In this document: positions 26,495-41,100 of the stretch, piece after piece
Layout of the letters: each line of letters begins with the position of its first letter
Position numbering within the stretch: position 1 is the stretch's first letter
From: Eledone cirrhosa
Lineage: Eukaryota
DNA length: 64,000 nucleotides
NCBI GenBank assembly: GCA_964016885.1
Contig: OZ024752.1
Coordinates: 372,001-436,000, forward strand
Reading direction: 5' to 3'
Position numbers and translations under genes: made by a program
Notes under the pieces: generated by a model
Database searches by the model: none
What the model was told of the DNA's origin: nothing
The model's input: only the letters and a program-made list of their open reading frames with translations

Positions 26495-27047
26495 CTACAA
26501 CAATAGCATCATCACCATCATCATCATCATTAACAACATTTATATTGATTGATAAAAGGCTGCAGGTTTGTAAGGAGATGGCTATAAGTTCTTTGAGGCT
26601 CTTTTGATACTAACCCATCTGAAACTGGCGCTGATTTGATGATACAAAAACTACCCATTTTAAACTAAAACATTCCATTATAATTTTATATCAGAAATTT
26701 TTGCAAAGAGATGTTTCAAATATCAGTTTACTAATGAAAATATTAGTTATTTAGTTATTAAGTTCATCTAATTCTTTTTGTATTATTTTCAAAATTAATC
26801 GAAAGATATATGCAGCATATTTCATTGAAATAGGGTCACAAAAAGGTTAACAAGACCACATTCTTGTATTTGAGTAGTTTGCACAAGAACACAACACACC
26901 ACTCAGTCAAGAAATGGAACCCATAACCTTTAGGCCATGAGTCCAACACTTCTAAGCATAGAGCCACGTACTTTTACTTTTAATGTTCTACAGTGGACAT
27001 ACAAAAATGCCAAGGCCTAAATGTTAGACAAAGGTGAGAGCACTTAC

Positions 27048-27167
27048 CTTGATTAAGGACTGCTTTTGTCCACAGACTTTACATGACCACTTCTTTACTT
27101 TTTTTACTTGTTGCACTTGAAATGTGGCACAATCACAGCATCTGACCACATGAAATATTTGCGGCAT
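27048..27167 (-). CDS. MRNIP: MRN complex-interacting protein, coding exon 1
   Basis: [40 protein letters not shown] matches the MRNIP/C5orf45 N-terminal CxxC..CxxC domain; 120 nt; donor AAG|gtaagt; acceptor ccacag| at 27181-27182 implies an upstream 5'UTR exon. Confidence 0.92.
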
Positions 27168-27633
27168 GACTGAGGCAAACCTGTGGATAATACCATAGTA
27201 TATAGATATAGTATAAGACCCTAAGAAGGAGTGCATGGTTAAGGTGTTGAACCCATGATCAATAAGGTCATGGGTTCAATACCAAGACTAGATGACATAT
27301 TGTGTTCTTGAGCAAGGCATTTCATTTCACTTTGCTCCAGTTCACTTAGATGAAAAAATGATTACCAGCAGTTAAGAGTTAATCTGATAATGTAATTTTG
27401 TACATTAACTTATCAACACAAAGTGATATTCAGCAACTTTAGAGCCTTAAGCTAACTCATTATCTGAAAGCAGCATCAGCAATGTACTGTATTCTTTCAT
27501 GTATACCACATAGTGGTTTTTTCACTATTTTCCCTGTTTGTTTTGCGCAGTATACATCATAACTAAATGTTATACAGCAAAACTAGTCTTTTCAAGACAT
27601 TTTACTGGTCAAAATGTAATACATGGAAGAATA

Positions 27634-28263
27634 TCTATATATATAAAACTGAGGATGTCTGTCTGTGTGTGTGTCTGTGAGTTTGAATCCCTAAAACTCG
27701 AGAAGTACCCAACCGACTTTTTTCAAACTTTACATATGTATTACTTATGTTTCAGGGAATGTTATCAACTTTTTGATCCCCTAGGGCCCGTATTAGTTGA
27801 AAAACTGCGGTTTTTCAGGTTTTTAGGGGTTTCTTGAGTCGTTATGTCTGACTGATTTCCTTGAAATTGTAACTATGTATTATTCAGTCTCTTCTTCATA
27901 CTGTGAGCAAAGAAAATCTAACATTTTTATGGCCTAGGGCCCGCATTAGGTGAAAAACTTCATTTTTTCAGCTTTTTAGGGCTTTTTTGAGGCGTTATGT
28001 CTAGCTGATTTTCCCGAAATTTCAAGGCATATTATGCACATTAAAAAAATTCATTTTCTTGATCCTCTAGGGCCCACTTTAGGTGAAAGCCTGCATTTTT
28101 TCCTGCTTCATTGAGGAAAATCTTAAAGATTATCCAGCCATCAGAGTATTCGGTTTATTTTCTTTACATATTGTTCACGCATGCAGTTTTTCCATGATTA
28201 GGTCTGTTGGCGGCCCACATTCCAAAATACCTTATCCCGTGCAGCGCCGGGTACCACTGCTAG
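27634..28263 (+). mobile_element. Non-autonomous Helitron with related termini
   Basis: A|TCTATATATATAAAACTG ... CCCGTGCAGCGCCGGG hairpin, CTAG|T. Confidence 0.85.
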
Positions 28264-29733
28264 TGGTAAATAAAGCCAATTCGTTCCAGCCATGTTGCAG
28301 CTGTTAAGCTTGTTGATGATATTGATAACCTTCCTTATGTTGACTCAATTCCTACTCAGTCTTCTATGAGTGGAAGGCAACTGTAACTACCCTCCTGCAC
28401 AATATCAAGCTCATCTGTCACCCATGTTCTTTGTGGTATTTCTTCTGTCTCTTTACACGCTATGTTCAATTTCTGTTGAGGTCAGCTTTGCCTTTCATTC
28501 CTTTATGGTCAATAAAATAAAGTACCAGTCATATACTGGTGTTGATTTAATTGCCTTTCCCTTCCATCAAAATGACTGGCCTTGTGTCTGTATTATCTAA
28601 ATCTAACTAAAGTCTGTCTCAAGCCAGGTGTAAACCATTACACAATATCATTTACTACTGTAAATACATCAACATAAAAATACTTTATTATCACAAAAAA
28701 TATCATTATTATTACTTTTCTATGAATATAATATAATGCTTACAGATTGAAAATATAGACACAAATCATATATACAATACTTAATGAATACTTCTTACAG
28801 AATGAAAATATAGACACATAATAAATACAATTATTGCAAAGAACTTTATAATACACACAAATATTTAGATATCATTCTGGTCGCTGCATGGTATCTAAAT
28901 CTAAGAAAAGATCCCCCCCCCCCCCAAATCATTGCTATTCATTTTATTTGTCTGTTTGTTGTCAGTGTTGATTTTTTTGTTATTTTGTTGCTATTGGAAG
29001 TTATAAGGAGATTTAGCTGCAATTTATAGCAGCTCAGACAATTGCGAAGAGGATCCACTGTGAGGTAAATGCAACAGCACAAATATATATATATATATAT
29101 TATTATGCTTTGGGAGGGTCATGTTGCCAATAAGAAACACACGCACCAGTTGCTTCACTCCAATTTATTATAAATTAAATTTATAAATTTCCGGTTGGTT
29201 GGTTCCACAAATTCAGAAACGAAATATATATATATATATATATTTATATATGAAACAAAATAATAATACAATAACCACAAAACTCAACAATAACACAACC
29301 ATAACTATTTAATTACACCTTAATTATCTACTATGATAAACAAGATGGTAAAGAAAAACTGTCGTCTGCGCCAGTCAAATAAATTGACAAAAGCAAGTTT
29401 GACAACAATTTTTTATTTTTGTTTTCTCCCTCTTTGCTCACATCCACATATTTTTGTAGATTATATTTGTGAGGCTCCTAGCAATAAGTAATACTATTTA
29501 TATGTGTTTATATTTTCATTCTATAAGAATAATAAACAATTTATAATGTTATGTGAATAAAATTGTCGTTAGTCTCTTAAAAAGTCATATAATCCACGAT
29601 TGCCAATTATTTTAATATGCCAAATTGTTGTTATGTCAAATTATTTTGATTAAACGAAGCATACGAACCCCAAAATGGACAAGATAATGATACAATAAAG
29701 TACAGATGTCTGTTGTAGGCCACAAATATCAAT

Positions 29734-29836
29734 ACAGGTGGTAGATACGGTGATACTAACAGGTGGTAGATACGATGATACTAACAGGTGGTAGATACGG
29801 TGATACTAACAGGTGGTAGATACGGTGATACTAACA
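29734..29836. repeat. 25-bp tandem repeat, 4 copies
   Basis: acaggtggtagatacg(g/a)tgatacta. Confidence 0.9.
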
Positions 29837-30767
29837 TACGGTGAAATATCAGACAATAGTAAACAGAATACGGTAGTTTAAGAGCAAAGGTATATTTACA
29901 ATGTTATAATGTTTAGGGTAAAAACTAACAGAATTGTAGTATATACTACACTGCTCAGGTGGTCAAGAATAATATTACACAGCTGCAGATATGATAATAT
30001 TTAAGGTAAAAATGTAATTCGCAGTAATTACAGACACGTGTGTTTCACATTTGCCGCCCAAAGTGAAAAGATTGTTACAGTTATCTCCCTTGACGTTATT
30101 CTCGATTTTTCTTTCAACCCAACCTGAATATATATATAAAAAAATAAATAAATTACAGAAAAAACAAATTCTGTCGACGGGGCGCAGTCAAAACACCGCC
30201 CTGCCCTAGGTGTAAAGTCTGTAACGCTTTTCCCTCACCCTTTCTCTCTTTCGTTGCCTAATAATCCTTGCTCTTCCTCTCCCTTTTCTCTCATTTATAA
30301 CATTTGAAAAAAAAACGATCGACTTTCGTCAAATCGGACCGAGGGAAGAATGTTTCCGTTGGTCTTTCCGATTGCTAAAACTATCTATCGGTCGCAACTC
30401 CAAGTAGAAGGAACAACGTGAAATAAAGTGTTTTGCTCAAGGACATAACGCATCGCCTGGTCCAGGAATCGAACTCACAACCTTACGATTGCGAATCCAC
30501 TTCTCTAACCACTCAGCCACACGCCTTCACTTATAACATTTATAGTCCTATAATAATAATGAAATTATTGTGTACAGTGCTCAGGTGCACTACAACTCAT
30601 CAAAGGTGCATGTATAGTATATAGAATAATATACAAATGTCAGGGAAGTGAATAGTGTATGAGTCATGATATACATGTGTGCGTGTTTATGGAGGGGGAA
30701 TATCTCTTATATATGGGAAGATAAATACAAGTGGTGTATATATAAAAACCATTAATCTGGATACCTA

Positions 30768-30951
30768 GGTGGATTGGCAGTATTGGTAGAGGGTCGAACG
30801 CCATGCTTTGACGCGTAGAGTTACGGCCCTTGCCATTCTGAGTTCAAATCCCGCCGACGTTAACTTTGCCTTTCATCCTTACGGGGTCGATAAAATAAAG
30901 TACCAGTAATGCACTGGCTAAATTGCTGGCCTTGTGCCAAAAGTAGAAACA
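30768..30951 (+). mobile_element. tRNA-derived SINE with 17-bp TSD
   Basis: A-box-like tggcagtattggtag, B-box gttcaaatccc, core actttgcctttcatcc..gataaaataaagtaccag; TSD ATTAATCTGGATA(C/T)CTA at 30751 and 30952. Confidence 0.9.
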
Positions 30952-33514
30952 ATTAATCTGGATATCTAAATATGGAATGTTACGCGATGTTCCCCCCTCC
31001 CCCACACACACACAGCCCCGGTGGACAGGATGGAGGGCGGTAAGGGAGACGTTAGGTGTAGTGTTGGCGAATCTCAGGAAGTGTGGAGGTTTTAAAGGAT
31101 GAAGTGTTTCCACAGCTAATAACTGATGCACGTAGTTCTGTCCAATACTACTTTCTTTTCTGTTTCACTAAATATTACATTTTTTATTATTTTTATGTAA
31201 CTTTATCGTAGAAATATATTTGAATATTTTGACAAATAATGTCGCTGAAAATTTTTTTGTTGCTTTTCATCTGTCACATTGTTTACTGAAAATATCGATT
31301 TCTAATTTAGGTACAAGGCCAGCAAATTTTGGGATAGGAGAAGTTGATTAAATCAATCCCAATATTTGACTGGTACCTGACCGATCCCTCGGCTGGATTA
31401 TCACACACACACACACATACACACAGTTCTCTCCGTTGACTTTTTGAAAACCAGAATTAGTTGTTTAGTTTACATATTGAGACCCCCAACCCATCATATT
31501 TATTTTATAACGTATGGGATTTCTAGTAATGTATTTTTTGTCATGTATAATGTTTTTAAATGCATAAAGAAAAAATAAATAAAATTTCGCCAGAGATAGA
31601 TTAGCAAAATTTAATGTGAGGTGGGGTGGAATAAGAGGAGGTGGAAAAAAATCTGAAAAATTAATAAGCGGGGTGGGGGTGGCGGCGATTATTCGAGACC
31701 CGAGAGTACAAGTTGGACAAGACGACACTTCTTTTTGTTGTTCTCCGATCAATGAATAAATTTATCAGATTCTAATAATTACACATCTACTTATTGTTGT
31801 TCGATTGTGACACCTCGAGCTGCGACACGGTCCCCTTTTTCCCCACCCAGCAGCCTTGTCACTTCGGCTACAGACCCGGCTACTGTCACCCATAACATCC
31901 GGATTTAACCGATTGCTTCTTTTTTCGTGCCGGTCTCCGAACTGCTATTATCTTCCGCAAAATTGGGATGAGTGTATTCCCGGTGGTTGGGAGCTTTCGC
32001 CCAGACGGGGGTGTAGAGTCTGCCGCTACCTCCTCTTTCCCTTACTTTTATTCTTTCTGATTTCCTTTTTATTGCGAACATTTGAACTCAGAAAGCAAAG
32101 TCGACAGTAATGCCACAAAGCATTTCTATTCAATATTTTAATGACTACCAATTCGTTACCAAAATATTTATAGTTTAAAAGGGAGGTAACTTCTACGCCA
32201 AATTTATGAATTATATTTCTTTGATTATTAGGTTTGCTTTACATCAGTTGTTTTTTCATGTAACTACTGAAACGTGAAGTAAGAGAAATAACATAGCCTC
32301 CAATTGTGCCCCACAATATTTCATCCAATCTTTGGAGATTAAAAATCCTGTTTTCACCTGTGTCGCTTTGTTTTTCGTCCACCTAGTCTTCATTAAATAA
32401 ATGCTTAGTGTGGCAGGAACCAAATATAATCCATATACACGTTAGCCTTGTGACATGATTGCAGCTTAAAACATCAATAGCGAGAGCTAAGTATCTTTAT
32501 TTGGATTGGCAGTGAATTGGTAATATCGGCAGAGCGTCGGTAAAAAAAATACATGATTAAAGAGATACATATATATTTTTTTATAATCATAGAGCTGCAT
32601 TTGTAACTCAAGTTTAGTGTTAAAGATGTTTAGTGTATTAGTGTATATATAAATATACACGGTTGAAGAGATATTCAATACGTTAGTAGAGTATAGTAAT
32701 CATTGGATTGGCAGTATCGGTAGAGGGTCGGACGCCATGCTTTGACGCGTAGAGTTACGGCCCTTGCCATTCTGAGTTCAAATCCCGCCGACGTTAACTT
32801 TGCCTTTCATCTTTATGGGGTCAATAAAATAAAGTACCAGTTACACAATGGTTAATTGCTGGCCTTGTACCAAAAGTAGAAACAATTATTTCTTTGCCTT
32901 TCATCCTTTTGAGGTCGATAAAATAAAATACCAGTAATTCCTGGGATAATTGCTGGCCTTGTGCCAAAAGTAGAAACAATTATTTCATTACAGGACTTCC
33001 TTGATGATTTCATACGAATGAAACAGTTCTAGTCCTGTAAAAGTCATCTCTCTCTCCCCCTCTCTCTCTCCACATATATATATATGTAAAAGGTAAACAG
33101 AAATAACAACACTTCGGTACAGTATATGGAAGGAATATGTTAGGTTAACGCTTGAAATAGCAGGAAGAGGGTCTTAACGTTTCGGACGCTAGTCCTTCGT
33201 CAGTTTACCTTAAAGTTTACCATCATCCTGTTGGTATACATTTATTACGCAATCTAAACCTGATGATGTCAGCGGGTTTTTACGCAACTTGGCCTCTGAA
33301 ATGAACATAGTGTTTGCAGAAATAACTAATTAAGGAAATTCAACATACTTGGCCTCCTGTCATTTCACTTTATGATACTCCGTTCCGATACCACCAACAT
33401 GGTTCAACATCAAAGATAGATGAGTTACATAACGTCGAGTGCTTTTCTCATGTTACATCATGATTAACATTGTAGAATGACCAATTCTACCCAGTGGTAA
33501 ACCACCAAATTTAA

Positions 33515-33609
<95 letters not shown>

Positions 33610-33794
33610 GTTTCTACTTTTGGCACAAGGCCAGCAATTACCCAGTACATTACTGGTACTTTATTTTATCGACCTCGTAAGGATGAAAGGCAAAGTTAAC
33701 CTCGGCGGGATTTGAACTTAGAACACAAAGGGCCATAACTTTATGCTGCAAAGCATGGTGTCTGACGCTCTACCGATCTTGGTTGTCCATTATG

Positions 33795-34290
33795 AACGAT
33801 GATGACATCTTTAATTTAGTTCCCGTCTGCCGTGGGCACGAACGTGGTTGTGGAGGCCGATCCTTGACTTGCAGGTCCGGGGACAGTGGGGGCAGGGGAA
33901 GAGACCGGAGTCGCTTGGGGAAGCTGTTGATGCCTTTCTCCTCCGTTCACGGGCCTCAGTGACCTCTGCCCGTCTCTTCTCTTCAAAAGCATGGGACTCG
34001 AGTTGTTTTGGAGCGATTCCAGTGTTGTTGATGGACTGGACTTCACGCAGTCTTTGAACCTCTTGAGAGGCCTGTCCCGCTTTCGTTTCCCCGAACAGAG
34101 TTCCCCATACATCAGTTGCTTCGGAAGCCTGTGATTGTCCTTCCGGATGACATGTCCCACCCATCGAAGTCGGCTCTTCAGTATCATAGCTTCGACATTG
34201 GTTGTCTCAGCCATGTCAAGAACTTCGAGGTTGGAGACCTTGTCCTGCCATTTGATGTTCATGATTGACCGCAGACTGCGCAATCTCTTC
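33795..34290 (-). mobile_element. RTE (BovB-like) LINE 3' fragment
   Basis: LRWVGHVIR, RLPKQLMYGEL, CPHCPRTCKSRIGLHNHVRAH. Confidence 0.85.
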
Positions 34291-34703
34291 ATCTTTGCTC
34301 CTGAGGGCCGAACAAAAATATTGTATACTCTGAGGCTCTAACAATGTAATTTATGTATTTCCTGTTACTTGGAATTTCCATTATGGTTGTACAGATTATT
34401 GTAAAGTTTGTTAACAAATTTGATCTCTGTTCACCCTTTATTGTTGTAATTATCAATTTTCTTTAACGTACTGGCTGCTGAACTGGGGAATCCTAAAAAC
34501 TATTCAAACCCAACATCAGAGCACGTTAACTCCCCACCCCCACCCACGCTGACTTGAGAGGGCGTGCGGTATCTTTGCACTGGAGAGGAGCACTACAACT
34601 CATCAAAGGTGCATGTATAGTATATAGAATAATATACAAATGTCGGAAGTGAATAGTGTATGAGTCATGATATACATGTGTGCGTGTGTATGGAGGAGGA
34701 ATA

Positions 34704-34851
34704 TCTCTTATATATGGGAAGATAAATACAAGTGGTGTATATATAAAAACCATTAATCTGGATACCTAAATATGGAATGTTACGCGATGCATTCCTGAAA
34801 AGATAGAATGCCGGTATACCTGGCCGAGGGCCAGCCGGACGGGCCAGCTAG
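34704..34851 (+). mobile_element. Short Helitron-like element
   Basis: A|TC start, CTGGCC-GAG-GGCCAG hairpin, CTAG|T end. Confidence 0.55.
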
Positions 34852-35151
34852 TTATATATATATGAGCAGGAACAAGGTGTCAAAATATCATCATTATGTT
34901 TAATCACGTGTGATGCGCGTTTGGCTATCGATCAGCTTAAGGTACAATCAACATCAATTGTGCCCAACTCTGGAATCGATAGCTCATCAGACAGTAATTT
35001 CCACTAACCCTCCAGCCAAAGGTAAATCCACAAGAGCAAAACAATAAATGGTATATGTAAAGAATTAAATGTTAGTGAACATAAATAGAATAGATTAGAA
35101 AATCAGGTAAAATACAACTAGAGACGGAAAAGTCTAATTTATGGAGCAGTG

Positions 35152-35228
<77 letters not shown>

Positions 35229-35345
35229 CTGATTGTACCTTGAACTGATCGATCGCGAAACGTGCGACACACGCGAATAAACATAATGATGATATTATGA
35301 CACCCCGTTCCTACTCATTACCTACCTACCACCCAAAACCCACCC

Positions 35346-35442
<97 letters not shown>

Positions 35443-35828
35443 GCTATCCATCTATCCATCTATCTATCTAGTATTTATTTTCGGACTGCTATTCGGAACT
35501 GGGCGTTGTTGGTATTGTTGTCTTGTCTGAAGATAGATACATTGGTAAATATACATAAATAGATAACTATAGATTGACAGTCAGACATATAGTCAAAGGA
35601 CAGATAGATAGAGGCAGGTAGGTAGATATACAAGTATGTAGGTAGATAGACATTTAGGTAGATACATAGGTAGTTAAATAGATAAGTAGATAAATAGATA
35701 GATAGATAAATACGTTGGTAAGTAATTAGACAGATAGATATATAGATGAGTAGGCATATATATATATATCTGTCTAACTACTGGTTGAGCAATAAATCTC
35801 ATATGCAACACCTCCACTTTGTTCTTGC

Positions 35829-35860
<32 letters not shown>

Positions 35861-36088
35861 TGTGAATGTGTGTGTGTATGTGTGTGTGTGTTAAGTATTT
35901 CCGTAGATAAAGTAAATGAAAGAAGAGTGCTCTACGTATAGTACAGAGCTATCTAATTACATAATGAACAACATAATATAATTATTCCATACCAAAGGTC
36001 TCAAGAAACTAGGTGATTCTTACAGAAACGTCCAGCCCGTTCATCAGATAAAATAATTATCTATATTGTATATATATATGGAGTTAAA

Positions 36089-36206
<118 letters not shown>

Positions 36207-36488
36207 GTTAGTCCTTCATCAGTGATCTTCCAACCTTCATTGATATTTCATCGCTTTAAAGACCATTTACCTCCGGTTGGTGCGAGCAACGGCTAAAGAA
36301 AGTCGTTGGGACACGTAAATAAGGGGAACGAGCGAGACTGTAAACAATCAAAGATGGTAATGCAACGAAAAGTGAGGAAGAAGGAGTCAAGTCCCTGAAT
36401 TCTATGAATATAAGTTCTATGAAATCGTGGACGAGAGAGAATAAAGACCATCAAACCTAGTCGAAATGTGAGCAAGGAAGGAATTCCG

Positions 36489-36566
<78 letters not shown>

Positions 36567-37015
36567 AGAGAGAGAAAGATAGATAGATAGACGTATTTAT
36601 TGTCTAAAGATAGAAAGACACATAGGTAGATAGCTATGAATAGATGCAGCCAAACCACTGAACGTCTTGTCAAAACTGTATGAGAGAGATCTGTAGGGAG
36701 GAAGCTATCAGATTGATATTTTTCTGTCAAACGTAGCACAAAGTGCCTCGTGTATTCTTATTAAATATATCGCGCAATGTTGTTCAATATAATTAAATAT
36801 GAACGTTTTCTTGTTCTTGCTTATCATAAATATTAATTCCCACTTTGTGTTTGATGGTGGGTGTATGAGAGAGGGGAAGAGTGGAGAAAGACAGTTAGAC
36901 AGATGTGGAATAATGTGGAAAGAGAAAGATACAAGACAATGTTTGTAGGCGTTTATCTTCATCAAAATATAAATACTTCAGATTCCAACAGTTAGTAGAC
37001 ACCCCACCCACATAC

Positions 37016-37050
<35 letters not shown>

Positions 37051-37609
37051 CGCGCATACACAAATATACTGACGCACAAACACAAACGCACACACATACA
37101 CTCTCTTTCACGCACACACAAACACTTACGCACACTCATTGGTGAATTGGCAGCATCGGTAGAGGGTCAGGCATGCTTTCCACCATAGTTACGTCCCTTT
37201 ACGATCTCAGTTCAAATCCCGCCGAGGTTAACTTTGCCTTTCATCCTTACAAGGTCGATAAAATAAAGTACCAGTAATGTATTGGGTAATTGCTGGCCTT
37301 GTGCCAAAAGTAGAAACAATTATCTCTCTCTCTCTCACACACACACATTCTCTTTCACACACACGCGCACACACCCACACCCACACAAATACACACTCTC
37401 TCTCTCTCTCACACAAACACACTCACTCTCTCAGACACACATACATATTTATATATGAAAATGTAAGAGTCCATCGACAGAATATGACTGTCAAAACAGT
37501 TGATCACTTTAAATAATAGTTGAGAAAACTGGATAAATTACGCTGGATGACAATGGCGTCCCTGTCCTTGTTATAGTCAGTTTGCTAATTCGCCATTTAT
37601 ATATTTATT

Positions 37610-38180
37610 GAGTTTTACAGAAATACATCTACATATGTACTGACATGTATAGAAATATGTCTACATGTGTAGAGATTTACAGAAATGTATGTATATATGT
37701 ACTGACATTTATAGAAATATATCTACATGTGTAGAGATTTATAGAAATATATCTACATGTGTAGAGATTTATAGAAATATATCTACATGTGTAGAGATTT
37801 ATAGAAATATATCTACATATGTACTGACATTTATAGAAATATATCTACATGTGTAGAGATTTATAGAAATATATGTATATATGTTCTGAGATTTACAACA
37901 ATACCTATACGTATGTAGAAAATTACAGAAATATATCTACATATATAGAGATGTATTGAGATTTAAAGCAATACGTATACATATGTTCTGAAATTTATAG
38001 AAATATATCTACATATGTAGAGATTTATAGAAATAAATGTATATATATGTACTGAATTTTTCAGAAATATATATCTACATATGTAGAGATTTATACATGT
38101 ACATATGTATTAGGGTTTACAGAAATGCGTGTACATATGTAGAGATTTACAGAAATATATGTACATATGTACTGGGATTT
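37610..38180. repeat. 30-bp AT-rich minisatellite
   Basis: Tandem atttatagaaatatatctacatgtgtagag units, diverging outward. Confidence 0.9.
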
Positions 38181-41100
38181 ACAAAATTACATCTAAATCT
38201 AGTAAATTATTTTCAAGTAATATTAACGCTGAAATTAAAAAAAATAATATCAGGTTCAATTGTAACTTGTAAGGTGACGTGATATCGTTCCAATCGAGAA
38301 TTGAAACTTTATCATGCACCTATTTCATTCCAACCATTTCAATATTTCCACCGAACAAACTGTATAACATTCAATCATAACTAGAATGTGTAAACAATAA
38401 CCGTTCAGTCACACACCACATTTTGTTTATAGGTACCATTAGAACACTTTATGCTGTTGCAAGCATTTGGGCGAGGGCTCCTGTTTGAGAATAACTACAA
38501 CCAGTCTAAGGGACCCTGTAAAAATGTCATGTTGTTTACACTTCGTCTTCTGACTAAGAAATAATTCACAGAAGAAAGATGTTTTGATTAACCTTAGAAA
38601 TTGTGTGAAACCGTACCGGGTTGTCTTTACATTTTAGCTTTACTCTCCAAAATGGTAGAACACATAATTAGGAAGTGTTGCTGACCAATTTTTACATTAT
38701 ATATTTGATGTGTCGTCTAGATAAGAGAGATGATATTATTAGTAACACTTCACCACACATTAATTTCAGTTAAATAGATTCAGTAATTAACGAATTTCAG
38801 TCGCAAATTCTTTTTTAAAGACATCTTTTCCCTGCTCACGGGTAAATCATTATCTTTTATGTTACACATGGATGAGGGTTGTACACAGCTGATCAATTGG
38901 AGCACATACTTATTGCAATAGGTACTTGTTGGTAATATGATCGGTTTCAGTAAAATGCTATTTAGTATAGCTATGTTTGTGTTTCTATGTTGGCGAAGGC
39001 TTCTTTAAGTTTATGAACTGTCCCAGTAATCAATGTCGTCGTTTATATTGTTCATTCATAAGTACTGATGGCATTTAGCAGAGTTAATAAATGATGAGAG
39101 ACTAACAAAACACCCGCGTGGTAGTCTATTGGGGTGGCATCTTTCTGAGAAGTGTCACGACAGAGGGAAACTGCCAAGTTGTCAAATGTCTAGAAGACAA
39201 TGAAGAGATGTGATTGTATCAGATAAATACCAGTGGTGGAGAAATTTACGGTTGAAGGACGAGGAAAAGGGAGCACTATAACAAGTATTTCTTTTTTTTA
39301 ATCTATGGTTTAATTTGAAAAGGGTCAAATATTAACAATAGCTATTGATCTCGAACATTTTTCACCTGAATCTCTCGACCGTCTATATAATAAAAGTATA
39401 AGTCAACTTCAAAAGGTCATGGTGAGTGAGTATACTAAGGAGAAATAATACAAGTTGCCGCAGAAATTCCTTTTGTATTTTAGTTATATGAATTTTTACA
39501 ATCTTTAAGCACATTTTATAAATAATATCACAAGTTATAAAGAAGTATACTAGCATAAATGTGTGAAAGTAGGGCTTTTTTTTTATTGCAACGTTTTTCT
39601 AATGAATGAAGAGACATATGTTGCCGGCTCGATAGATTTAATGTCAACATTTTTCTAAATATACTTTTATGAATTCGTGATTGATCAAATCGTATTGTTA
39701 AGGCTACATTTTAGATAACACATTCACTGTGTTACATAGAGATCAGCAAGAAGAAGGGCATTATTTATTTATGCCTCCTGGTTTCTACCTAGGAAAGATA
39801 CGTTCTTTTGCCGGTGTACTCAATGTATGTATATATGGACTTGCAATTCCTGATAGAGTCGTAGGAGTACCGTAGTGACATTATCAACTAGAAATTTATG
39901 TATGTATGCATGTATGTTCTGGTTTTATAATTTTATAAATGTTTACCAATAGTCGTGGGTTTGATTTCTAGACAGGGTTGTGTGTTGTGTTCTTGAGCAA
40001 AACACTTCATTTCACATTGCTACAGTATACTCAGCTGAAAATGAGTACCAGCAATAGCTGGTGGGGTAACTATGTGATGGACTGGAGTCCAGTTCAGAGG
40101 AGGGGGTTCTTATATTCTCAGTCGCTTCACACCATGGAAACTGAGATAAGCATCGGCCTGATGAGCCTCAGGGTTCGAGACAGTCTTTGGTAATTTATCC
40201 TTCGCCCCTCTTGCAGTAACAGCAGTATTAAGCTTGACCTGCTAAGCTAATGCATACCGACAATCAATTTTAAGATCAGCCAGAGTCTGACCATGTTTCA
40301 CACCAGGGAATGGTAGAATATACTTTAATATTTCAGTCACTTCCACTTCAAGATCAAAAGCTGAAAAGTAGAAATACTTATCCCATTTTATATACATTTA
40401 AAAAACACATTTTTAATAAGAATGTTTGTGAAATCTACATCGGCTTGTTTCAAAGACCTATTGTCGTGGAGGAGTGACTGAGATTATAGAAAACTAACTC
40501 ACATTACAGAACATGGGGCATTTTTTTGTTTCTTAACAGAATTTATGGGCAAAAACCAACCGGCAGGTGACCCAGGGGCAGACCCCGAGCAAGATGTTTG
40601 GATAACATCCATGAGCTTGGCTGGTCTCGCATGCGGATCCAGCATGATCAGTTGGAGACGGTTGCTTCTGACAGGACCCGAAACAACGAAATGTATTAAA
40701 AGTGAAAACGAAAAAAAAAAAGGTAATCTACCAACAGTATAAACGGAATTAAAGAAAAATTAAATTGCCCCCTCCCCCTCTAAATTTTGTACTAATTCCC
40801 ATTTACTGTCTTTTGCTTCTTCATTTTGATAGAAAAAGATAAATAGCAGCCAATTAGCTATATTGCAGATTAGCATTATAACTAATGAAAGACACCCCCC
40901 CCCCTCCTTCATCTTAGTTTTGGCCCGCTGTGCCTCTCTCCCAGGACATAATGGCCCTTTCGAGTCCTTGAATTTGAGACCACTGTCATATATGGAGAAA
41001 CGTAGCATGTTTTAGTGGCGAGACTAACAGGGTGATTAAAACAAACAGAGCAGGTGAAGAGGAAAATTGTTAAGATGTGTTGGGAGGATGTTTTGTGTAG

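Noticed and set aside
30768-30860. tRNA gene from A/B boxes
   Set aside because: SINE head without an acceptor stem, followed by the SINE core
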